53,155 nucleotides of DNA from Candidatus Nanoarchaeia archaeon (GCA_035291085.1 DATDTA010000086.1:1-53155); one strand, 5' to 3'. Positions 9,001 to 21,488 are shown, counted from the first letter of the stretch. Numbers and translations are program-made. Notes: generated by a model from the letters alone, not told the origin.

Positions 9001-12000
9001 ATGCCGTCAATGGAAATATCCCCTTTGGGAACCCGGGTAAGATCATCCCACTTTGGTTCTGACCAGAGATTTTCTAGATCTTCTTTTGTGACCAGATAGT
9101 GTTTGATCTTGCCAAGCTCATCTACTAAACCCAAATTTTTTAAACGGTTCAATTCGCTCTCATTGCTGCGATCCACCAAACTCTGCAATTCATCTAAAGG
9201 TGTAACCAAAGGCTCTTCACCTGAACGCACATATTTTTCCGTAATAGTGGCTACCCAGCTCTGGCGATAGGTATCGTAAAGCTCGCCATTAATAATAATC
9301 AGTCCTGTTAAACGTTCGCGCAATTTATCAAACCATATATCTCTAACCGCTTTTTCATTTGCAGCCAACATTTTTTCTCTTGGTTCTCCTTGTTCAGGAA
9401 CATTTCTTTCCATTACAGCTGACATTCCACCAATGGGCATGCCATTCACCATCTTCCCATTTTTTACCGCTGCCAGCACAGTAAGAATCGCGTTTCTGCG
9501 GGTATATTCTGTCATGGTTTCATCAGTCATTTTTATGTCGTGCGGATTAGGCAGAACCATGTTAGGATCGTCCTTACCCATTTCTACACGGCTAGCGATA
9601 AAGTCCCACCGCCCCACGTTCGGGCCGATGAGCCAGTCTCTTAACACCCACATGATCGCCTCTTGGTTTTGTGTGAATCGAATTCTTTCATGCAGCATCT
9701 CGATTTTTATGGTTCCTCTAGGAACCCCAATCTCTTCTTCCAACGCTTTTAACAATTTAGCGATAAGCAATGCTTCTTGCGGAGTCTCAATTTTTGGAAT
9801 ATAGAAATAAATTCCTGAACCATTCTTTTTTAAGGATTCATAATTATTTAAAACATGAATCACCATGGCCGCAATGGTTGCGGGGACTCTTTCCCCGCCA
9901 ATCCACATCTGGCGGTTTCTGATGCCAAGACCAGGCACGCGGTGGAAAATAGATCCCCACTCCCCGCGTGGAAGTTTAATTGAAGATTTTTTTCCTGCTG
10001 CATCTGTGTATTCATGGCCTTCCCATTTACCAGCTAAAACTTCTTTTAAATTTTTCCAAGCAAGGTAGAGTTTATCGTTGTAATCGTCTCCCGCATCTTC
10101 CCAGTCAAACATCCAAGAAGCGGTTTTGGCGTTGATGGCGCTCATCAACATTCTTAAAGCATGGGCTGGTCCTGTTCCTTGCAATCCCGGACGCAAAACT
10201 TCTTGAGGCACAGGGGTTTTATCATTTAATCTCCAACGATTCTCACTATCAACGCCATAAAAATTATCTATTAGACCTTGGCGTATCTCTTCTACTGTTA
10301 ACTCGTTTCCATCCGCATCTTCAATAATTTGATCCGAATCCAAGAAACCATACTTTGCAGTTCCTTCAGAAACAGCTTTCAAGAAATCTCTGCGATCTTT
10401 TAAACGATCTGAAAATTCCGGACCAAGTTGAAGCGTAAATTTCCTAATAAGATCTTCTACTCCCACTGCTCTGCCATTCACAATTCTATTGCCAAAAATT
10501 TCCGGATACTTTCTCCAAATATCTTCACGGATCACTAATTTTTGCGCCCGCTCTCTAAAATTGATTAAACCAGAAGCTGCAGCAAGCACCGCCCCACCTC
10601 CCCAGCTCGCAGCCTGCGCTGCTACAGGCAAAGCACCGCCTAATCCCATAGCATTGGCAACATCTCCAAATGAAAAGCCCCAAAGAAGTGCGCTCACGGA
10701 CAGAAGCCCAAATAATCCAATGATAACAGAAGATAAGCGATCTCCCCTTTCTTTATCTATTTCTATATTAATTCTTTGCACTTCCTCTCTAGCGTCTTTT
10801 ACTTTTTCAAATGCTCTATCTCTATCAGATCTTGATATCGAATTATTGTCTTTATCATTTTCAGCTCTATCAAGTCTGCTCAATGCGTCTCTCAAATCTC
10901 TAGATAGGGAGCTTCTCCTATTATCATCACTAGACCCTCCACCTCCACTCATGCCTATCACACCAGTCACTGCAATCAGAGCATAGTTCGCCTGTTTCGC
11001 TATCTTGTTGACTGACCTTTGGAAAGCAGGAATAAAGAGGTAAGCCAGTACAAACACTCCGCCTCCTATCGCTAAGGAAATGCTAAAAGAATGCGCAAGA
11101 ATAAAAGCCTGAACTAAACTCAAATGCAGAGTCTGAGCTTGCAAAAAACTCCACGCAAAACTCCAAAGCGCTGGATGAGTCTGCAGAAAATATATGAGCA
11201 CAGGCGCAAAAACTACAGCCGTAATAAAAAGCGCGGACACAGTAACAGATTCCGTCAAAGTAAAACCGTTCCCGGGCACACTGGGTCCAGAACTACCGTA
11301 TTTTTTATCAGCTGTTGATCCGCTGCCTTCATCACCTTCGGCAGTTCCAGCGCTCATTCTCGATTCCAAATCTTCCAAATCCGATAAATATTTTACAATC
11401 GCCTGTTTATCGGGATAGATCGGGCCAGATACTAAAAGATGGTAAAATTCAAAAGTTCTCTTTCTATCGGAAAATACCAACTCTCCCGCCCTAGCAAGAA
11501 GACCATCCACCAAACTAACAACATCCTCTCCCTCTGAATCAATCAATGATTGATGCTGTTGTTTGTATGCAGAAACTGCAAAAAGCGCCTTTGCTTGCGG
11601 ACGCACGCCTGAATTGTCAATGCCAAGAAGAGCCGTTCTCATCATAAAAGGATCATTAAGAACGCCGCTCATTGCAATGTTCAGATTCGCAATAAAGAGA
11701 TCGAATGTCCTATTCTCAAACCAAAAGTCAACCACCCCTCTAACTACTTCTTCATCAACCCAAGTCATGCCATTAACAATCGCATCTTCAACGATAGACT
11801 CTACCTTTGGGACGTCGTCGTAACCTCTTTGAAGATAAACATAAAAAGGAATATTGATTTTATTCAGCCAACTTTTGTAGTGTTGATCGGAGATTCCCTC
11901 TTTACGCTCTCTGACCATTGCATGCATGAGAGAAGCCGCCTCTGCTAAACGATCAATATAATGAGGACCATCCTCGTTTAAAAGTTGCTCCATTACCGCT

Positions 12001-15000
12001 ATGAGTTCATCAGAGTTTAAGTCTCGCACTTGACTCTTCGACTTTTCGCTCCACATATCTACATCAAATCCAAAACGATCTGATTTACTTTTCTCTTGAG
12101 CTTTCAATATCCCGGAATCTAAACCATGCTGTGACAACCATGCGTACCAATTGCCTATGTCAAAATCGCTAAAGCCTGCGAACTTCTCTTTTCTAATTTG
12201 CTCAATAACCGCCAAAACTATGGGATAAGATCCTGTTTGCATCGCTGCGTGAATAGTCCTTCTAACATCCTCCAATGAAAAACCTTCGATCCCGGCTCTC
12301 ACTCCCATCATCGCGATGATAGCCGCGGCCAAAAAACGGCGATTCCCTTCAAGAGAATGATCATAGATCCTTCTTAAATCCTGAAAAGGAATTCCGACCA
12401 TGCCAACGCTTTTCGCTAATTCAATCACTTTGGACGACCCTTCAACTTCCATCCAATCCGGCCATGGAAACTCAGTCCATCTGCCTTCATTACCCATCAA
12501 ATTACGAACTAAATAGATAGTAAAGAGCAGGTTCACAAAAGCAGCTTGATCATTCGGATCCCAATCCTGGATTTGGGAGAGTAGAGCAGGCTTTCCTGCA
12601 GCGGCAATAGCAGCATGAGCGGAGAGAGGCTTATATATTCTTCTAGCAATGCCGGTTCTGCCAACTCGTGTACCTTCACCTGTTCCAGATGCGGGCGCAC
12701 TTGCGTTCGTATCTCCTGAATCACCTACTCGGGAAGGAACTTCATTAGAAGTCACATACTGAATCGCCTGATCTATCGCCTCAATCATCATTTGCGGTTT
12801 TGTTGGTCTATCTGCTTTCAGCGGGCTGGACTCAAGGCGGGCGATAAAGCGTTCCGCTTCTGCTCTCTTGCCGCGCAGATGCGCAACAAGATCTTCTGTA
12901 CCTATTGATTCCAAATCAATTCCATGCATCACCCAACGTTGGAATGGATCCTCTGGGATGTCCGCAAATCTAAAGAGTTGTAAACCCAATCTTTTCATAA
13001 AAACAAATTTTCCCCTAGAATCAACGGGTGAATCTGTTAGCTCTCTATTGGAAAATACAATTTCTGTGAGTGTTCTATGTATCTCTGCCATTCTTTCTCC
13101 ATCATAACTGTCATCCAATAGACCTCTAACGGTTTCCAATTCCTCTGATAAAATACTACTGAATGACTCTTCATTTAGTGAACTCTTTGACTTTCTGGAT
13201 GTTCCTATTTCCGTGAACCCATGAGCTACAGCCTGAAGCATCCTAATGTTCGACAGCTCAATTCTTCCTATCAAGTACCATGCAGTAAATGGATTAACTA
13301 AACCAAAACCATTCATTATATGAGCTATCGCCTCCCGAACCTCAGCTCTAAAATGGGGCATAGATATATAGGTAAGTCCAACTGGAGCCACCAAAACGTT
13401 TGGTGTCTCTTCACCTAGCCAGAGAATGTCAGTAATATTAATTGCTTTAATCTCAGGCCCAGAACGTGTATTAATTTCCATTCTCACCGACACTTCATGC
13501 AACTTGGTATTGTAAGTAATCTCAACGACCATTCCGTCAAAAGAATCATATTGATCAGTGGCTTCACCTACTCTCCGCCCACCACGTATCCGTCTTTCCG
13601 ATCCCATATATCCAGCCAAAATATCTAGAAAATAACGAGCTTCCATCGTAAGCGCTGCCTTCCTAACCTGATCTTCTGTCAAAGGGCCTGCTGTTTTTGG
13701 AAGGTCAGTTACTAACCTAACCCCAACAACAGAAGCTATTGGAATACTCTTATCCAACCCCTCAATCCTAAAAGAACCTTCTTCATCCGAATTACCAGTA
13801 ACCTCTATAATCTTAGCGCCCCATATAGGATTTACTGTGAGACTATTTGTAACAATCCTCGTAATCCATGGTGGGTCAGAAAAGTAGATATAGATAAGTT
13901 CACCTTTTTGTTGATGCGATTTAAGAGCATTTAATAAGGCGCTGTTCCCTCCAGTCGAGTCTTCCGCGCCGCTGTCGGACAAGCCTGATGCTCCCACCGC
14001 TCCCAAAGAGCCAAGTACGATCAACTTCAAAGCTATCTGTAACGCATGCATCAAGCTGGATGCCAATGCGCCTGCTCCTATTAAAAAGCTTCTAATGGGG
14101 AAATCATGATCATACACCCCTTCCGGAAATTGACGTATGCCCAGAAAACGCGTTGTAGCCTTAGCTGCCTTAACAACTTTATCTGCCACTGTAGTCTGCT
14201 CACTGGCTTGAGGTTCTCCCATGTCTTGAGTTTCCACCTGCACTTCAACTCTCATTCCTGTCTCCACTACCACAGGTTTCTCCTCAACGTTCGTTTCTCC
14301 GGCAGAGCCTTGTTTCACATCCTCACTCAATGCGCCGGTACCTTCGCGTCCCACCGCTCCTATAGCGCCAAATGCTACCAACCGAACCGCCAGCTGCCAT
14401 GTTTGAGGAGAAAAGATTGGAGCCACCTTGTTGTGAAATAAGAAAACAAACTGATTCACTGCTCTGCGGAAATTTTTGTTGAAAGCGTAAAGAAACGCTA
14501 AACTTACTCCGCCAACAATCACTGCGATAGGCGCTGCGTTTAGAACTACAAACTGCGCAACCCCAGCAACAAATGATCCTTGCGTTAATGCAAAGCGCCA
14601 GATAAGAGGCGCAAATAGTCCTGCTGCCATTAAAACTGCTAGCGCAGGAACAACTTCTGGAAGTATAAAACCACCCTCACCATTATCCCCAGTGACTAAA
14701 TGAGTGGTCTTAGATTGTTTTAATAAACTGGCAACTCTTCTCTCTGCATCTTCAAGGTCAAGCGGACCTGTAGGCGAGCTAAAAGTTAGTCCTATCATTC
14801 CTCGATCTGAAACAACCTGATTAAATTCCCTTGCAATAAAAAACAAAATATCTTCTGGCAGTCTGCCCGATCTTTTTAAGTTAGCGTAAATACCGTGCAA
14901 AACTGTCATGGTTTGATTTCCAACATGCGTGTTTCTAGAAGCAATCCTATGAATCGCTTTTGCAATCTGAAGGTAGAAAACAGGTTCCATGCTAATATTC

Positions 15001-18000
15001 CCAGATTTCATAAGTTCAACCAAAGCCGCAACAGCCTGATTACCTCTTATGATATTCTCTGGCCCAAATTCTTGACCCGCTTTAATCACAATGGATTCAA
15101 GTTCAAGGATATCCTGGTTCGCATAGGCAGCTGCGATATCTTCGGGCCAGCCTTTAGAACTTATGAATTCGCTTAAATTTCTCCCAATGGTCCGGCGGAT
15201 TTGCTCTATGGTATTTTTGTCGCCTAAAGCCACAGGAGCTTTTTGGTGATCCATTGACCTTTTTCCATCTTTAATTTGCTCTTCTTCCAATCTAAATTTT
15301 ATGTCTAATACACTTCTTACATTTAACGCGTTTGGATTTTTGTCTCCTTTACCCCAATCGTGCGTAAGACTTGCTCCGCCTGCTTCTTCCACAATAAACG
15401 CGATGGGCGCCAACTCATAACGCGCCCTAAGTTTATTTTCCAAATACGCAAATACAGCCCTGCCTCCATCTTGAATATGCTGGCTCACTCCATACATATC
15501 CGTAACCATGGCTCCGGCATAACCCTGAATCCGCCCTTGACTTTCCCATTGATCAGCCAAAGAAGGGAATCCTTGCGGCCACTTGGATCTGTAGCCGCCC
15601 AATGCAACGCGAATCGGTTTATTCTGATCTTCTGCAGAGTCAAACTTGACTTGCCCCACATATTGAAATTTCCCGCCCCTCATCACGAACTCGTGCGCTC
15701 CAAAACCTGTATATGCGAAAACAAGCCTTGTCTCCAGTCCATAGGTCACAAAAAATGATGCGACAATATCTCTTCCGCTCGCATTTTCTATGAGACCCTG
15801 TTTTCTTTTGCCCTCAGCATCCGGCGGATTTGGCAAATATAAAAACGCTCCAATGGTTCCCCCGCCTCCGTTTGATTTTACCTTTGTAGAACCGTCCAGA
15901 GGATCGCCGATGAAAGCAAAAATTTTCCCTTCTCCATCCTCATAATTGACTTTCCCTTCTTCAGAATGGTACCCCCAAACATATGGTTTTACCGCAGAAG
16001 CAAAAAGCCCGTCCGTTATATTATCTATTTCTCTTTGATCAGCATCTCCAGAATCAATCTCCCCTGTCTCTTTTCCTCCAGTTACATAAAGACCGGGAAC
16101 TTGCGCGGCAACTCGCTCCACAGCCAACATGGCATTAGTAATATCTTGCCTTTGTTTTGTGTCTCTTAAGAATGAGGCAAGACTGTTTTCTTCAAGGGAA
16201 CTTCCCATTTCAAGCAGGCTGGCGGTCTCTAATTCTTTGGGCGGAGCTCGGCTCTCTCTCAATAGATTAAGGTCAGCAGGTTCCTTAAATTTTGGATCTT
16301 CCGCTATTTTTTGCACCACACCCTTATTGCCTGCATAGAGATGCACCACTGATTCATCCATGGGAACGTCCTCTATCTTTCGAACTCCTTTTGAAGTCAA
16401 TGCAACCGCGTCGCCGCCTGCAGCCTTTACAAAAGATGCAATGAGTTTAGAAACAGACGGAGATAACCCCTCTGCCATGAACCCGTTATTAATTAAAATT
16501 TCATAGAGGTTAGCTCCAAGCCCGGGAATGCCGCTTACTCCGCTATAGCGTGTTTTTAGTGTTGAGGTATTTTCATCAGTTCCCGGTATTCCTCTCTTAT
16601 TGATTAAGTAATAATCTTGAAAAGGTTTAGGCCATTTAATGAAAGTACTGCCTAAAGCAGCTGGAGACTTAGATTCTTTTGTTGCTTTGGATAAATCCAG
16701 TTTATCTTCTCTTTCTACAAATTCTTCGCCATTGTAAGCAAAATGTTTTATCTGATCCTTGCCGTTTGTAACAAGCATGGTTGTAATCGGCCCATTAATA
16801 AATGCGATTGAACCAACCAGATTATTTTCTAAATCATAAATGGCTATAAAAGTTCCAACCGCTAAATTTGATTTTTTCACTAAATCAAACTTCTCTTGAA
16901 GCAACTCCACGCGGTAATAGCCGTAGTCCGAAAGATAACTGAATTCATAATGTCCAAGAATCTCTTTACGATCCTCATTCAAAACTTGAATAGATTTAAT
17001 CTTTCCTGTGGAAGAAAATAGTTTAGTTAAATGAAGAAGAATCTTTTCTTCTTTCTCTCCTTCTTCAACATCAATCCCTTCCAAGATAGCCCTAATTTTG
17101 GAAGAAGCCTGCTCCCTCACCATCATCACAAAACTATTAAAATCTCTATCTGGTAAAGGGCCTAACTCCACAGTGAACTCATCTTGAAAAATAAACTCTT
17201 TATGTTCTATATCTATATCAAGATCCGCAGTCTTATGTCCCATTGGCAAAAGCGCGCCCGAATCCGCCTGCAACCGATTAAAACTTTCTCTTGCAGTTTC
17301 ATCCGCAACCACGAGAGGAGTCACTCCTCTTAATTCTGCCTCCTCAATAATTTTGTTGCTGTTATCCTTAACTAACGTGTAAATCGCTTTATTCGAAATA
17401 TTGTTTCCTTTTAAATGACCGTTCGCCACAATCGCTCCGCCAGGGTTACCCGCATAATCTGGAAAAAGAATAATGTTTAGCTTCATCAAAGTTTCGGAAT
17501 CTTTTTTGCGATCTTTCACCATATTGTTCGCAGAACCAACGATAATATCTACTCCCGCAGCGGCAATTCTGGGAATTGTGTTCTCATTCACCTGCCAGCG
17601 CGCGGCAGAAGGAGAAAATATATTAATTTTGCGGATGCCTTTGTTCTCCAACTGATCCTTGATTGGGGAACCTTCTTCCAGCGGATTAAAAAGATAATTT
17701 GCCTCTTCCCCAATCAACGGAAATAAACGGTCGCCTAACAAACCTTTGTAATATGGATATTTATTTAAAAATTTATCTAACTTTTCTTGCTCAAAATCAG
17801 AAAAAATAACGATCGCGCCTTCTTTCATCAAAAAATCCACAAGGCTGCCGCCCACATCTCCCAGACCCTGCACAGCCACTACTTTACCAACCAAACTGCT
17901 GGACCCATAACGATGTTCTGCCAGAGTTTTCATGGCGCTCAAAACTCCTATGGCAGTAGGTCTAGACGGCTCTTTACCTTTTCCCTCGGCCAAATGCGCG

Positions 18001-21000
18001 CTCACATGAGGGATAATGGAAGTAGGAGCGAATTGGTGCATTTCAAGAATATCTCCGTCTGTAACACCTTCGTCTTTACCAGTTAAAAATCCGCCGTTTA
18101 GGTAAGGAACCAATGCTTCTGTTACCGCGGCAAAATTGTAGAGAGCGGCTTTGCGGGTTTCTTGATTATCCGCCACAGATTTTTTCATGCGGATCGCGGT
18201 TTTAGCCCCGCCCACTTTAAGATTAGCCATTGCGGTTTTAAAGCTCATCTCACTAGACAATTCCAAAGCATCTCCCAGAGCATCCGCGTCAGAAAGATAA
18301 ACCCCGCGTTTAATATTTGTTTCATCTAGCTCGTCAATTTTTACGCGCACCCCGCCCATGGCGCGGAAAGTTCCATCAATGGAATCGGCAAAGCTTACAA
18401 TCTTTGTAAAACGGTGCATGGAAGCATAAGCAGTGTATCCAAGCTTTTCATTTTTAATTTCAAACACCGCATAGTGTTGATCCCATCTTTCTAAAACCTG
18501 TTCACGCAATTCAGGCGACACACCCATCTTATCCAAATAGTCTTCAAAATCTTTTAACTCTCGCAACACTCTAACTTGCGCGCCTTCAAGTTCAATTGTT
18601 TTTCTCCCTTTGGTGATTCTTCTTGGATCCGCGCGAAAATATTCCTGCTCTTGCGGCGTAACCGCAGTAACAGCTTCCAGAGAACCTGTACCCGCAATAG
18701 ATAACCCTATTCCTAAAGGAAGGGTCAGGGCAAGCATAAACATTTTTGAAAGCCGTCCACGGGAAAGGTATCCACGGGATGGTTTTGCGGATTCAAATTC
18801 TGTTGAGGAACTTGAAATTTCCCCTCTAAAACTTTTGGTAAGATAAACAATGACGGCAATGGCTGCAATGGCTGCTCCAGCCACAAGCAGAACTAACCAC
18901 CAGTTTGGTTCTGGATGTTTTTGCGCATTTTCTACAGTTGCTTTAGCCAGTTCTTTAACAAACTCTTTCGTATCTCCGGGCAATGGAAACGTAATAATTC
19001 CAGCAACAATTGCAGATGCAAAAGTACCTGCAGCTAACACTGTTTTTTTGATCTGTCCTAATTTTCCTCCCACTCCTTTAACCACCACATGTTCTGGCTT
19101 TAGTTTTTCTGGTTTGCCTTGATTTTCCACAAAACTGTAATCTGTCTCTATCTCTATTGCGCCATCTTGAGCCTCTGTTTCTTGAACTTGAGACTCAGAG
19201 TCCAAAACCTTTACTTCAAATTTAGACCCATCTTCAAGACTTACCTCTCCTATAGCGCTAGCTCCCTCTTTTCTCTCATTTTCAATCTGGTTTTCTACAT
19301 CCGCCCTGCCATGCGCAAAACCCAAAACTGGAACCACAGTGCGCAATGCGCCCTCCGCGCCAATTTCGCTTATGACCGCGCCGTCCACAACTACTGTTCC
19401 CATAGCTCTTTGCGGAGCAAGCGTTACTTTCTCGCGCATGAACATTCTTTCTAAAGGAAGCAAGTCCCGTTTAAAACTATTTAATGGATGATATTCCTTT
19501 TTGATTTCACTGCTTTGCATTTTAGGACGAATGGTAATAAAAGATATGTTCTTTTTCTTTAACCTTTCCTCAATTCCGCTCGCATGATAGCCCCCTGCCA
19601 CTAAAGCTACAATCTGAGTTTTAAAATTCTCTTGGCTAGAATTCTGCTCAGCCGCTATCAGGGATTGTTTGGCGTTCACTGCGCCCAATAAATTTTTAAG
19701 GAAAATCTCGTTTCTTTCTTCAGACAGCTGATTAAATCTTTTTACATTTTCCAATGCTTGTTTCACCGCGCCTGTAAATGGACGCGCCAAAAGCGCGGAA
19801 ATTCCTGATTCAATTTCTTCCGCTCTGCTCACATACTCTTTCCATTCCTCAACATTTAGCTTAAAGTCCAATCCCTTCTTTATTAATCTGTAATCCTTAT
19901 CAGCTTGCGCAACTTGAGCCACCCAAACTCCACGATTGATTTTTTCTTCGTCGTCATTCCCGCGAAAGCGGGAATCCAGTCCGTCTGAATCGCGATTCTT
20001 GAAAGCCATTGCTTGATTGTTCTGACTTCCAATTTCCAAAGCCCAAACTTCATTTTCTAAATCTTTAGCTTCTTGAAAAAGTTTAGCTCTTTCTATTCCC
20101 TCTACTCCAACCAAATATTGAATGTACCGTTCCATGTCAGGAGTCATTTTGATCTTTGCGCTCTTGCATTTTTCTCTTATGCTTTCATAAAACTCCCCAT
20201 ACCCCATTTTGCCTAAACGATACAACAAACTATCTTCCAATAGTTCTGTTAATTCAGTTCGGTTTAATTTTTCAGCTAAACCTTGCAAAATCTTTTTCTG
20301 ATCCGCTTCAATTTTTTTAAAATCAATCTGTTTTTCTAATTTGTATGCCTGCAAATATTTCTCAATATTTGGATAATGACGGCCCAATAAAGAATGAGTC
20401 CTCCAAAGAAATTCAACCCATTCAGCCAATTTTTTGTTGCCAGCTTCATAATCGTTTTTCCACTGGTCCAACTCTTTTAGTTCTGGGGTATAATTTTTTT
20501 CTTTTAATTCAGCCAGTTTCTTCTCTAATCCTATTTGCCAATCTTTCACTTCCTGATTAAAAATTAAAGTATCTTTAAAACTCTTTACCTGCTCTAAATA
20601 AGGTTCTTTATCTTCCACTCCATAAAACTGAACAGACCTTTCTCCACTCTGAGTGGACAACCCTGCTATCTCTACCCCAGAAAGAAGCCCTTCTTTCAAC
20701 AAATAACCAGCCACACCCATTACGCTTTCTTTATCTGGATGGTTTCTCCACTTCTCAATTCCTTGCATAACACCGCGGGAACCTTCCACACCCACAATCT
20801 CCACACCCATTTTTACCGCATCCATTAAAAGATAGGCGATATTTGCCTGCACTCCATAAATGTCATGCGCTTCTTGAATCAAAATCACAAGAGGATTAGA
20901 GGAAATTGAGGAATTAGAAGTTGGAGAAAGAGCTTGCCCGGAAAGCGCAAGTTTATGATCCTCCATCTTTAAATTCAGGCCTTTGGATAAATAAACCCGT

Positions 21001-21416
21001 TCAATCTGACCATAAGTTTCTATGCGGTTCACTAATTCAGAAGGAAGCCCAAGAGAAACGCGATTGCTTTTTGTACCCTGAGAAGATCTTCTAGACTTTA
21101 CTTTATCCATCACGCGATTCATTACTTGAGATGAAAGCTTAGATTCAATCCCGCTCATTTCCAGCTTATTGCTAACGGAATTTAAGCCCAAAGCGCCAAT
21201 TTCAGCGCCAGCAAATCCAGCAGCTGAAGCGACCTGAAACCCTAAATTTTCTGAAGTGGACTTTTTATATTCCTCCACAGCTTTACGCCGCTCGCTCCAA
21301 AACGAGGCTTGCGCAAAAGGCGCGGTCACTGTGCTAAAAATAAAACTCAACACAAGCGATGCGGCTGTAAACTGCAACCAACTTTTATTTTGTTTTTTTA
21401 TCCAGAACTTAATCAT
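3009..21416 (-). CDS. Giant protein A (6,135 aa): signal peptide, TraB/GumN-like domain, multiple TM modules, and dehydrogenase + FBPase + malate synthase + isocitrate lyase cores
   Basis: 18.4-kb uninterrupted ORF. AAGGAG sits 7 nt upstream of ATG 21416, and the stop is TAA. Multiple enzyme signature motifs are listed as separate features. Confidence 0.92.
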   Translation of the reverse strand: MIKFWIKKQNKSWLQFTAASLVLSFIFSTVTAPFAQASFWSERRKAVEEYKKSTSENLGFQVASAAGFAGAEIGALGLNSVSNKLEMSGIESKLSSQVMNRVMDKVKSRRSSQGTKSNRVSLGLPSELVNRIETYGQIERVYLSKGLNLKMEDHKLALSGQALSPTSNSSISSNPLVILIQEAHDIYGVQANIAYLLMDAVKMGVEIVGVEGSRGVMQGIEKWRNHPDKESVMGVAGYLLKEGLLSGVEIAGLSTQSGERSVQFYGVEDKEPYLEQVKSFKDTLIFNQEVKDWQIGLEKKLAELKEKNYTPELKELDQWKNDYEAGNKKLAEWVEFLWRTHSLLGRHYPNIEKYLQAYKLEKQIDFKKIEADQKKILQGLAEKLNRTELTELLEDSLLYRLGKMGYGEFYESIREKCKSAKIKMTPDMERYIQYLVGVEGIERAKLFQEAKDLENEVWALEIGSQNNQAMAFKNRDSDGLDSRFRGNDDEEKINRGVWVAQVAQADKDYRLIKKGLDFKLNVEEWKEYVSRAEEIESGISALLARPFTGAVKQALENVKRFNQLSEERNEIFLKNLLGAVNAKQSLIAAEQNSSQENFKTQIVALVAGGYHASGIEERLKKKNISFITIRPKMQSSEIKKEYHPLNSFKRDLLPLERMFMREKVTLAPQRAMGTVVVDGAVISEIGAEGALRTVVPVLGFAHGRADVENQIENERKEGASAIGEVSLEDGSKFEVKVLDSESQVQETEAQDGAIEIETDYSFVENQGKPEKLKPEHVVVKGVGGKLGQIKKTVLAAGTFASAIVAGIITFPLPGDTKEFVKELAKATVENAQKHPEPNWWLVLLVAGAAIAAIAVIVYLTKSFRGEISSSSTEFESAKPSRGYLSRGRLSKMFMLALTLPLGIGLSIAGTGSLEAVTAVTPQEQEYFRADPRRITKGRKTIELEGAQVRVLRELKDFEDYLDKMGVSPELREQVLERWDQHYAVFEIKNEKLGYTAYASMHRFTKIVSFADSIDGTFRAMGGVRVKIDELDETNIKRGVYLSDADALGDALELSSEMSFKTAMANLKVGGAKTAIRMKKSVADNQETRKAALYNFAAVTEALVPYLNGGFLTGKDEGVTDGDILEMHQFAPTSIIPHVSAHLAEGKGKEPSRPTAIGVLSAMKTLAEHRYGSSSLVGKVVAVQGLGDVGGSLVDFLMKEGAIVIFSDFEQEKLDKFLNKYPYYKGLLGDRLFPLIGEEANYLFNPLEEGSPIKDQLENKGIRKINIFSPSAARWQVNENTIPRIAAAGVDIIVGSANNMVKDRKKDSETLMKLNIILFPDYAGNPGGAIVANGHLKGNNISNKAIYTLVKDNSNKIIEEAELRGVTPLVVADETARESFNRLQADSGALLPMGHKTADLDIDIEHKEFIFQDEFTVELGPLPDRDFNSFVMMVREQASSKIRAILEGIDVEEGEKEEKILLHLTKLFSSTGKIKSIQVLNEDRKEILGHYEFSYLSDYGYYRVELLQEKFDLVKKSNLAVGTFIAIYDLENNLVGSIAFINGPITTMLVTNGKDQIKHFAYNGEEFVEREDKLDLSKATKESKSPAALGSTFIKWPKPFQDYYLINKRGIPGTDENTSTLKTRYSGVSGIPGLGANLYEILINNGFMAEGLSPSVSKLIASFVKAAGGDAVALTSKGVRKIEDVPMDESVVHLYAGNKGVVQKIAEDPKFKEPADLNLLRESRAPPKELETASLLEMGSSLEENSLASFLRDTKQRQDITNAMLAVERVAAQVPGLYVTGGKETGEIDSGDADQREIDNITDGLFASAVKPYVWGYHSEEGKVNYEDGEGKIFAFIGDPLDGSTKVKSNGGGGTIGAFLYLPNPPDAEGKRKQGLIENASGRDIVASFFVTYGLETRLVFAYTGFGAHEFVMRGGKFQYVGQVKFDSAEDQNKPIRVALGGYRSKWPQGFPSLADQWESQGRIQGYAGAMVTDMYGVSQHIQDGGRAVFAYLENKLRARYELAPIAFIVEEAGGASLTHDWGKGDKNPNALNVRSVLDIKFRLEEEQIKDGKRSMDHQKAPVALGDKNTIEQIRRTIGRNLSEFISSKGWPEDIAAAYANQDILELESIVIKAGQEFGPENIIRGNQAVAALVELMKSGNISMEPVFYLQIAKAIHRIASRNTHVGNQTMTVLHGIYANLKRSGRLPEDILFFIAREFNQVVSDRGMIGLTFSSPTGPLDLEDAERRVASLLKQSKTTHLVTGDNGEGGFILPEVVPALAVLMAAGLFAPLIWRFALTQGSFVAGVAQFVVLNAAPIAVIVGGVSLAFLYAFNKNFRRAVNQFVFLFHNKVAPIFSPQTWQLAVRLVAFGAIGAVGREGTGALSEDVKQGSAGETNVEEKPVVVETGMRVEVQVETQDMGEPQASEQTTVADKVVKAAKATTRFLGIRQFPEGVYDHDFPIRSFLIGAGALASSLMHALQIALKLIVLGSLGAVGASGLSDSGAEDSTGGNSALLNALKSHQQKGELIYIYFSDPPWITRIVTNSLTVNPIWGAKIIEVTGNSDEEGSFRIEGLDKSIPIASVVGVRLVTDLPKTAGPLTEDQVRKAALTMEARYFLDILAGYMGSERRIRGGRRVGEATDQYDSFDGMVVEITYNTKLHEVSVRMEINTRSGPEIKAINITDILWLGEETPNVLVAPVGLTYISMPHFRAEVREAIAHIMNGFGLVNPFTAWYLIGRIELSNIRMLQAVAHGFTEIGTSRKSKSSLNEESFSSILSEELETVRGLLDDSYDGERMAEIHRTLTEIVFSNRELTDSPVDSRGKFVFMKRLGLQLFRFADIPEDPFQRWVMHGIDLESIGTEDLVAHLRGKRAEAERFIARLESSPLKADRPTKPQMMIEAIDQAIQYVTSNEVPSRVGDSGDTNASAPASGTGEGTRVGRTGIARRIYKPLSAHAAIAAAGKPALLSQIQDWDPNDQAAFVNLLFTIYLVRNLMGNEGRWTEFPWPDWMEVEGSSKVIELAKSVGMVGIPFQDLRRIYDHSLEGNRRFLAAAIIAMMGVRAGIEGFSLEDVRRTIHAAMQTGSYPIVLAVIEQIRKEKFAGFSDFDIGNWYAWLSQHGLDSGILKAQEKSKSDRFGFDVDMWSEKSKSQVRDLNSDELIAVMEQLLNEDGPHYIDRLAEAASLMHAMVRERKEGISDQHYKSWLNKINIPFYVYLQRGYDDVPKVESIVEDAIVNGMTWVDEEVVRGVVDFWFENRTFDLFIANLNIAMSGVLNDPFMMRTALLGIDNSGVRPQAKALFAVSAYKQQHQSLIDSEGEDVVSLVDGLLARAGELVFSDRKRTFEFYHLLVSGPIYPDKQAIVKYLSDLEDLESRMSAGTAEGDEGSGSTADKKYGSSGPSVPGNGFTLTESVTVSALFITAVVFAPVLIYFLQTHPALWSFAWSFLQAQTLHLSLVQAFILAHSFSISLAIGGGVFVLAYLFIPAFQRSVNKIAKQANYALIAVTGVIGMSGGGGSSDDNRRSSLSRDLRDALSRLDRAENDKDNNSISRSDRDRAFEKVKDAREEVQRINIEIDKERGDRLSSVIIGLFGLLSVSALLWGFSFGDVANAMGLGGALPVAAQAASWGGGAVLAAASGLINFRERAQKLVIREDIWRKYPEIFGNRIVNGRAVGVEDLIRKFTLQLGPEFSDRLKDRRDFLKAVSEGTAKYGFLDSDQIIEDADGNELTVEEIRQGLIDNFYGVDSENRWRLNDKTPVPQEVLRPGLQGTGPAHALRMLMSAINAKTASWMFDWEDAGDDYNDKLYLAWKNLKEVLAGKWEGHEYTDAAGKKSSIKLPRGEWGSIFHRVPGLGIRNRQMWIGGERVPATIAAMVIHVLNNYESLKKNGSGIYFYIPKIETPQEALLIAKLLKALEEEIGVPRGTIKIEMLHERIRFTQNQEAIMWVLRDWLIGPNVGRWDFIASRVEMGKDDPNMVLPNPHDIKMTDETMTEYTRRNAILTVLAAVKNGKMVNGMPIGGMSAVMERNVPEQGEPREKMLAANEKAVRDIWFDKLRERLTGLIIINGELYDTYRQSWVATITEKYVRSGEEPLVTPLDELQSLVDRSNESELNRLKNLGLVDELGKIKHYLVTKEDLENLWSEPKWDDLTRVPKGDISIDGIEYAATMSAEYGFGVLNGNQAVKIFDYKSDNGMMNDFATHEIFWHWMWTLAKHEVVLTKDGTMRDGTVIKAGTKVTPELLKMVLDKVYASAEKKIDYLESQGLSKNDRRFSPLIMKILERQLIIDNGDNTYSMQNKWVTYGSRILLSIIELDPEKDIAVIDQILDAVYSDSRKDVAEKVRSGEWDKKTLEAFDYVFDNPDAREFGSVQGIARRVYSHFAGGVKIAGMTSWIKTMRQNISTLDQWMRSDRFSRIQRNRPYSASEIYAIRGSVLDDKTFHDLTTRKLFFLMGEAQRTGIPIVTGGVMDGPSAAAMAEKGMKALYFSGWQMSHHWGEPDLAKYPDNTVPDKIYEINRYLRNQHEDQMGRYKEMSDKLEDIFKEFYRTLPKTKADDLVLRTEVRDEFIEKFMNVVGEDIPIFVDELREDSETVLYNLFSEVVVQAIAQYVSQGSIAHEQRNALRETVFQTLEGYLIDYLIPFYADGDTGHLSPEKLVQYFVRAGAASIHLEDQADGEKKCGHMAGKVLTSIQKHFQRLLITGKERDRLHSELLIIARTDAQAAKLLQSNDDPMDHYFILGSSVKNLPSLKDVIRLARGDMPEYAYRGDNAALIDRAKDLMARVNRQEIENILLPKTPAQVLEMWEQEFPELGRTIRDIWNSTGRINGKRLETDVYFLKVKDPRSSEDGNTFTYNTVWQHRELIEHGEYPYLKLDTLIEDENGKEVTVKELLERQPVHLAKEEAALQKLTESWRAEAKLKTYSQAVGERILEMRTSRFASEQRREDIKKWWEDATNPLTNTLSLNQMKALAKTIGIEIDWDWDKPRVYEGFYQIDSGLGVLNASIRMRQYAKIADVAWMEQDRPNIKHAREFHDNVVNDPHNPEAKNIIFALNLSPSFNWSDPEGWSAVLTKEQIENIKKAKELEGFRWDNPDSWGEYGADVLVMLEAIANFSIDMGRAGFGFQFVTIFQDHTNALHISRTAKEMLRLGAAGFVFNVQQIEQLDGVRFGKHQTKAGTKRVSKGERVIMRGSNATGAAGKESTEAQFKTNEGGGKKVSRPIPMDNKSLKEFAENSLMVASWLGTVGVPAAIAFGIIANAVDAYSGGAFSGWNILELSLGLGTLFGGIWAVKHFKTNNPINPNNPIALIKNYLSPQKGWEGGALGDIIDKKELDDNEIRDLINYTNFISKEFYEVEIPGRGTIKYYLVPYTNSNFVDWDAVMNSDDQEQISKLRIGQLFKKKAIMGSYNLASDPSSRILPDGINYIYMQNGLTPEQYKFRLEHEQFQLFHYGHLILRGYQATKEWSKQRVAHILAWGDQIIRNRYKSFREVPFLDQRINELDSPWTANRALFREIAFARREVQNELQKEYSRDFPDYQQGLNDILAFNESLRFFALNNFGEGRQEIFNPIDLDNAIAASKLPADIKNILETNGGKALTAYEFIDQRDSFKGGASLSPLRLYDDNDGYADKPDDVFEVFSKAAGLDVTYKPHAPISLSFHLKSFFSNKESVVMFVPPANFRNSVQEDFIYRVLLNNPGLLSKVTLVFGAYDVVSPKDYADSLVFRAAKNMEHKRIIFLQALLNYRDFMKEKSMTVIAGAALLALAGFTLSMIFPGVLHALPSNGFIPPQALAWLAGTVPFLPATVYASAQMAKSYFLAAGRAPENIEARVRVARHLNEKEFMARAATFIKVRPQTFKARLNQIQNASEPEKIEKIEQALYALGYEYRLSGDRAALKQGTDAILRTAYKEFSVSVPVIKELTSTFDERASVSGEDAQGVQKLAEIAQLFDRQTGKKRALSFEQAEKFNQIVTEGYRKAFLDKGIASIKNVKLSGLSEESEMFELSALFLDDPESALGAKHLITQLHERTKNGIGEGERILLSRVGSADSFRTELKIKLIEKMGVRDGEALYRILDEGYGAGRVKFQGETESDKVNAAKIYKDFGWWLGPNFRIITDDASRLALGDLNETIVQIIELVSGMEGRDVTRLVIGIENKFRGKRVVDIQA
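5892..8279 (-). other. Isocitrate lyase domain (long form with large insertions) inside giant protein A
   Basis: [21 protein letters not shown] (7981-8040), [24 protein letters not shown] (KKCGH = 7449-7463, the ICL K[KR]CGH signature), [15 protein letters not shown] (6301-6360), GKHQTKAG. Confidence 0.9.
8547..10499 (-). other. Malate synthase-like domain inside giant protein A; catalytic-type residues retained
   Basis: FDWEDAG (10081-10140), [27 protein letters not shown] (Glu retained), [10 protein letters not shown] (Asp retained; about 9600-9650), [16 protein letters not shown] (compare MEDAATAEISR..WQW). Confidence 0.7.
10917..11279 (-). other. Membrane module A2: prepilin-like G|FTLTE helix (G codon 11265-11267), further TM helices and a GGGG/Ser-Asp-Arg-rich linker
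   Basis: VPGNG|[40 protein letters not shown]...[14 protein letters not shown]. Confidence 0.6.
11397..12584 (-). other. Repeated unknown domain R (about 400 aa), the copy in gene A
   Basis: [20 protein letters not shown]...[11 protein letters not shown]... is colinear with three copies in gene B that start IKNWSPKDQMRFVHLL, IRKWSEDDRDLFVRLL and LKGWSPEEQERFIDLF. Confidence 0.6.
14367..14681 (-). other. Membrane module A1: prepilin-like G|FILPE helix (G codon 14670-14672) plus a divergent NKNFR... segment
   Basis: GDNGEGG|[26 protein letters not shown]...[18 protein letters not shown]...[22 protein letters not shown]. Confidence 0.6.
15192..16184 (-). other. Class I fructose-1,6-bisphosphatase domain inside giant protein A
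   Basis: [28 protein letters not shown] (DPLDG = 15891-15905), [30 protein letters not shown] (the [KR]L.YE..P.A...E.AGG box). Confidence 0.8.
17247..18539 (-). other. Glu/Leu/Phe/Val-dehydrogenase-family domain inside giant protein A
   Basis: [28 protein letters not shown] (catalytic-Lys GG[AG]K box; KVGGAK = 18201-18218), [22 protein letters not shown] (GxGxxG Rossmann fold, about 17840-17880). Confidence 0.7.
19437..20900 (-). other. N-terminal conserved domain shared by A and B; TraB/GumN/Tiki (ChaN-like) superfamily resemblance, split by a long coiled-coil insert
   Basis: [12 protein letters not shown]...VGVEG (first xxxH motif), then [14 protein letters not shown] and [24 protein letters not shown] (ERN..W plus GAGHL.G..G...L-type second motif). 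Confidence 0.4.
19953..19979. repeat. REP/MITE-like palindromic element inserted in-frame in gene A (hairpin 19956-19975)
   Basis: gtcattcccgcgaaagcgggaatccag has an 8-bp perfect stem (attcccgc/gcgggaat) and a GAAA loop. It reads LDSRFRGND on the coding strand and VIPAKAGIQ on the other. Paralog B lacks this roughly 20-aa segment at the equivalent position. Confidence 0.7.
21306..21416 (-). other. Sec-type signal peptide / N-terminal anchor of giant protein A
   Basis: [37 protein letters not shown]|SFW. Confidence 0.55.
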
Positions 21417-21423
21417 TTTCTTA

Positions 21424-21429
21424 CTCCTT
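21424..21429 (-). promoter_or_regulatory. Shine-Dalgarno site of gene A
   Basis: ctcctt equals AAGGAG on the minus strand, 7 nt upstream of ATG 21416. Confidence 0.7.
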
Positions 21430-21488
21430 TAATTATTAATTTAAATCGTTTACTGATAACGTTTTCATCATTCCTAAAAATTTTTTAC

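Noticed and set aside
19953-19979. SRFRGNDD as a functional protein motif of the N-terminal domain
   Set aside because: It is the translation of a perfect hairpin repeat element and is absent from the paralogous position in gene B.
3074-21318. Dozens of 60-170-aa ORFs on either strand inside gene A (for example 10489..10986, 15360..15758, 5575..5985), and likewise inside gene B (for example 34358..34873)
   Set aside because: They are shadow ORFs within uninterrupted 18-kb and 32-kb reading frames that carry multiple enzyme signatures. Their composition is low-complexity or biased and they have no start context.
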